This document shows positions 58,841 to 64,000 of a DNA stretch of 64,000 bases, one piece after another. The stretch comes from Trichoplax adhaerens (Eukaryota; Animalia; Placozoa), in the NCBI RefSeq assembly GCF_000150275.1, contig NW_002060943.1:6502299-6566298 (forward strand). Direction: 5' to 3'. Below the pieces are notes generated by a model. The model was not told where the DNA came from, ran no database searches, and was given only the letters and a program-made list of their open reading frames with translations. The translations under genes and the position numbers were made by a program. The stretch's first letter is position 1. Each line of letters begins with the position of its first letter.

Positions 58841-61532
58841 GATGACTTGCAGGTGGTAGAATAATAGGGGATACTTTAAATTATCTCTTAATCGCTATGT
58901 CTAATGGCAAATTAGATACAATTTGGTTAAAGAGAGCAACTAGATGACGACTAAATAGCGTCTTAAGTATCCACCCGTCTATAATTATAGTGAATCAAGA
59001 AAAGAATTTCATTAGGAACCATATAACAAATAAGAGCCATTGAAAGCTTATTATATCAATTAAGAATTCATTTGTTACTTTAGAAAAAAAAAATGTGATT
59101 TACAGTAGCGGGTTAAGTGTAATTTCTAATTTACTGTCCAAAAGTACGTTTATATAGTAATCATTAACGGTCTCAGAAAATTTCTGAATTGTAATATATC
59201 TAATTTGTCGCTAAAAATTCTATTACTAGCATAACGGCATACTCTAATTTATACGTGGAAAGTTTATTCATTCATCAAATAAATCATGACTTGATTTAAA
59301 CTGAATAATTTACTTTTATCACGATATGTACGGTATTAAGTGGCATCTCCAAGATTATGAATTTATTTTGAAACTAACTACAAGCCCAACGAGAAGTTCA
59401 TGGACAGTTTTACTTTGGATAAATTGACCAATTTCTAAAGGTGATAATATGAACAAATATGCGAAGAGTAAACTTGCTTTTTAATTAAAAACTTATTAAA
59501 TGCAAAACCAAGCAACCACCTGGGCACTTCTATTACCGCTAATTATCAATTTGTTGGTCTCAGGAAGTAATTGCAATAAAAAAACGGGATAATTAAGCAG
59601 TTACGCATACGCATTTCACACTCATTAATTATTTTTGAGAGCGACGCCATATACGTAAGGCGTCTTCTTAAAATTTCAATAAACTTGAATGAAAGTGCGG
59701 CTTTATAGCTACAATTAAATGTGTTAACTAATTTCAAACGATTCAATGAAGAATATATAGCATTATTACGGGAAGAAACATCGATTTATTAAAAGTAATA
59801 ATCGATGAAGTACTATCAATTTGTAACAAAATTAGAGTTGTAAGCGTTTGTTAGGGTACGCCCTTATTTTTTTACCTAAGTTTATGCTGTCTAGCTTTAT
59901 TATAAAGTAGTACCATATAAACACTAATCATGTTCAGTAAGGCAAGTTTAGTATGTTAAAAGATCAGTTATAAAAATTAAAAATGGTTGAAAAAAGCCAT
60001 AAACACTTTCAGGCTTCAATATTATAGGATTTCCTAACGCTAGATGTAATTTTCTGTACCGGTACTCTAGCACGAAGTTAATCAAAATGGATAGCAGCTA
60101 TAAAAGGATAGCTATGTTTCAATGCACGCCACACTTAAATGGGAGCCCCACTGGCGGTAAAAGATATATACACTTATAGAATGCGAAAGGAATGATTAAA
60201 TTAAAAATTTTACCCCTTCACATTTCCTATGAAAGCTATAAAAATAATAACAGATCGCGTCAAAAAGAACTAATTGAATAAATAAAAAATCCGGTTATCT
60301 TGCAAACATTTTCAAAGATGGACTAACTTACCTGCTGAAGAATAGCAATCAATGTTAAGTTGAATAGGCACCGTTGTTAGACTGAACTTGTATATAAAGG
60401 CACTTCTAAGCAAGCAGTGGGGTTAAATGCTCTATTTTATGGCTACTAATCTTGCTATAACTGCTAAAAAGGTGATCGATTTTGAATATAACGAAGACTT
60501 AGCCTTGGTTTTAGTATCTACTTTATGAAAGATGGCAATTAGAATGAAACAATTAAGGAAAAGAATTGGTTAAAAAATAAAGATGCAATTATTTTCTTTG
60601 TGGGATTGCCTTATTGAAAGCACAGCGGTAGGTTATTCAATAAACGTATTGAATATTAGTTCGTATGGATTTAATTTGTATGCAGGCTAATGGTTGTTCT
60701 ACGTTGTATCACTATAATAAAAAAAATTCCAAGTAGCGTTAAAGATGGATTATACGTATTAGTTCAATTCATTATTAGAATTTTGTTTTCCTGTTTATTC
60801 AATTTCAATAGAACATCATGTCTACAGAACTTGGTGTTCCACATATCGACTGTATAATAGAATTAGTTAATCAATCACCTTATAGCATTAGAACTATTGC
60901 ATTATTTGATTAGGCAATCGTGTTTTGACATACTACAGCTTGTTATTTGTACTAGTTGAATGGAAAGTAAATAGATTGAATCTTTAGCCTGGAAATAGAA
61001 ATTGGGTATGTCGTCATTTAGACTACCGCGTGTAGAAATAGATCTAGATGTATTTCATGTCTAATAAAAAATAGTACAACGCAATTAGTTAATCGATTTG
61101 TTCTTATAGTCGACTTGAACGCTATGAAGTAATCACATATATCTTAATTCGAAAAGAAACAAAGAATAATAAAAGGATTTCAATAACATTATTAATAGTG
61201 TAGGAGTGAAATTTGTATAATGGATTTTGATATTGAATTAAGAAGGCATACCAGTAGTTTCATTCATTTATTACTTGCTACCTCAACTTGGACGTAAAGG
61301 AACCGTGCGATGGACAAGTAAAATCCATAAATGCGCTTATAATATCTGATTAAAAAGATATCATTCCATTTATCGATAGATTGGTTACTATATCCATTTC
61401 GAAGTAATAGGTTTTATTCAAAATTAAAAGCCATTAGTGATTATGTTATAACGACTAAAAGGGTTGGAATCCCATTCAAAAATGATACTACAGTAAGAAT
61501 ATAAACCGGGTCATCCCTACTTCAGGACAAAT

Positions 61533-62777
61533 TTACTCTTGTGTTTCGATATCATCCGATACACCTAATAGGATACACCTAATGGGAAAGGTGAATAGTA
61601 TAATAATATAGCCATGGATAATAATAAGTTTTGATATATACGAACTAATAAGTAATTGATCATCACATTTTATGTATAGGAAATTGTTTGAAGTTCGATG
61701 AGTAGTCATGATTGAATAAGAATACATACAGTAATTATAATCAATCATTTCAAATCATTTAAAAAAATTCAACGTTGTAGTCCTTCTTCTATGCCACAAT
61801 TTTAGCAACTACCAATGTTATTATTGCACTAATTGAAGCGTTGAATAATAAAAATTTTTCGATTAGTGAAGAATTGGAATAACATGTTGCTTTGTATCAA
61901 TGCAACAATAGCATGTTTCCGCTTTGAAGTCCTCAAAACCAGCCAACTTGTATGAAATAATTGGCCTGTGGTGATAATAGCTGACTTAGAGCCAATTTGC
62001 AATGGCACTAATTGAACCTTTAAAGATCCATTACAGTTGTAATAATGCGTAATGAAAATGAATAAAACCAATTTTTGAAGAATATCGCTAGTAAAGAGTA
62101 GAAAACCCAAGAAAAATTTATTAATACAACATATCAAAGTGTGATTCTCAATGTAAACATCAACGCCAGATGCAAATAGTCTTAAAATGATTAACGAGCT
62201 AGCAAAATACTACCTCTAGACACAAATAAAATCTAATCTGCGAAATATGAAATGTACAGTATGCTTAATGGGATTACAGTGAACCAGCAACCGTCAGAAT
62301 GAAGTTACTTTAAATTAATGCGATAGGTAAAGGTGTGACTATAAGAGCGAGATTCAAATACTGTAGTTTTAAAATGATATGCGATGTAACCAATTCTATA
62401 CATAAAACTAATCCGTGAAATATGAAATGTATGTTAAAACGGGATTACTGTGAGCTAACAATGATTAGAATGAATTCACTTGAAGGCATGGAGGAAACAG
62501 ACTAAAGCCATTCACGAAGAACATCACGTAGGAGAAGCAAAGAAGCTCTGGTAATACAACAGGTAAAGTTATAGCTATCCATGCGAAGATCAAAACCAGA
62601 TTGAAATATTCTTGAAATGATAAGTGGCCTAATAAATGGAATATTCATCGCACTATACGTATGCCATACTAAAATCGATACGAGTATGCTAGGCACTAAA
62701 TGTACGGAGATTAAAACGAGGTTATCGTTAGCTAGAAGTTGCTACTGTGAATAACTTGAAGTGATGGATGAGTTCAT
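61533..62777 (-). pseudogene. Probable decayed multi-pass membrane protein / 7TM GPCR pseudogene
   Basis: Ordered hydrophobic segments across shifting frames with stops: MNSS..*..VLISVHLVPSILVSILVW, FNLVLIFAWIAITLPVV, ICCINKFFLGFLLFTSDIL, loop ETCYCCID, FLLFNASISAIITLVVAKIV*, IIITVCILIQS*LL, IIILFTFPIRCILL. Confidence 0.4.
62235..62480. repeat. Direct duplication (~175 bp period)
   Basis: taatc.g.gaaatatgaaatgta..gggattac.gtga..agaatgaa at ~62235 and ~62409. Confidence 0.75.
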
Positions 62778-63469
62778 CCAAAGGTCTATCCGTAAATTAA
62801 TGTGCAAGGAAATGAAAGATTACTTAAACATCTAAACACACTCTACTAACGTTATAGGCATCGTTTTCCCTAGGATATGGATGATAGTGTAGTTTGTTGG
62901 TATAAATCTACTGTACAGTTGTCTGGAGTTTTTAAATGCCGTTTTAACCTGTGATACATCGAAGTCGAAAATTGCAGATAGCAAGAGCTAGAAATAAAAT
63001 TTAAAGGCAGCACAACTAAATACTGAACACATCGACTACTAAGATTGCCCATAGCTTGTAATTCCACGGCTTAGGCAATAGTTATATATGGTGGTCATGA
63101 TTTCAGCTAATTAAAGTGGCAATGTGTTAATAAAGTAAATGTTGGTTATGGCTACTATGATGAAACGGCTCATATCTACCATGTGTTCTATAAGTCTATA
63201 GTCGATAGCCTTTTAAGTGTTGTTATTAGGCAATGTACTAACGTGATTGATGACTCTTATGTAGAGTAGTATTTGATTGTGATTAAGTTATGTATATAGA
63301 ATTGATATCGTAGAGGCTATAAATCGATTATCCGGTGTATTTTAGCCACTTTCAACAGTTGAAGAACTTGAAATTCTTCTCCGGCAGTATTATAGGCTAG
63401 TAAACCATGCATTACATATCCCCACTCGACAAGGATTGACTACGAAATGATAGCATATTCAATCGATTT

Positions 63470-64000
63470 CAACACTGCTTACGACTACAGGTGTAAAAAA
63501 CATTTATAAATTTAGTAACCAGATGAAGGAATGAGTCATTTCTCTAGCTTTTCCGCTACGTATACAGTCCTATAGATTGATTATAGCTAATAGATGCTTT
63601 ATTCTTGAACACTTCACTGATCGAACTACTATACACGAGTAAACCATATAGTATTATTCCTACTTTATGTGGATTTTAAAAAAGATATAATAGTATTTTC
63701 CATCGATTTCAACAAAATATACTATTGAAGCTGTAGAACTCTTTCATAGATTTAATTTATGAATGAAGGCAGAAGTCATTTCTCAAGCTTATCCGTCGCG
63801 TTCTTCAGATTGATTGTAGCTATTCGATACTTTATTCTTGAACGCTTGATAGCTCGAACTGCTATACACGAGTAAATCGTGTACTATAGTTCCTACTTTC
63901 TAGCGATTAAAAAGACTTGATAGCATTTTTCTTCCATTTCAAAAAAGTGTGCTATAGCTGTAGAAGTTTTTATAAATTTAATTGACAAACGAAGGAAGGA
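63470..64000. repeat. Tandem repeat (~240 bp units) running off the window end
   Basis: gaagg...agtcatttctc.agctt.tccg, ctttattcttgaac, ctatacacgagtaaa, ttcctacttt and agctgtagaa each occur twice about 240 bp apart. Confidence 0.85.

Overview
AT-rich (roughly one-third GC by eye), intron-dense eukaryotic animal DNA. Small introns, ancestral-looking metazoan proteins and base composition suggest a placozoan such as Trichoplax, but this is inference. Most entries in the ORF track are exon fragments or noise, so genes were rebuilt by hand from splice signals. Gene order: (+) a short PDCD4-like gene that appears to stop before the MA3 domains (426-4213); a ~24 kb stretch with no recognisable gene but many local tandem duplications; (+) RasGRP (REM, RasGEF, 2 EF-hands, C1, coiled coil); (-) PSMC6/Rpt4; a divergent-promoter interval holding a ~240 bp foldback, a third arm copy and dense TACAG/CTGTA repeats; (+) AP2S1; (-) FOXRED1; (-) an SLCO/OATP transporter with a probable GC-AG intron; and (-) a probable decayed 7TM receptor pseudogene. 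Best candidates for new biology: an MA3-less micro-PDCD4 that keeps only the ribosome mRNA-channel motif, the three-arm foldback between PSMC6 and AP2S1, and a RasGRP with canonical EF-hands but an atypical C1 domain.
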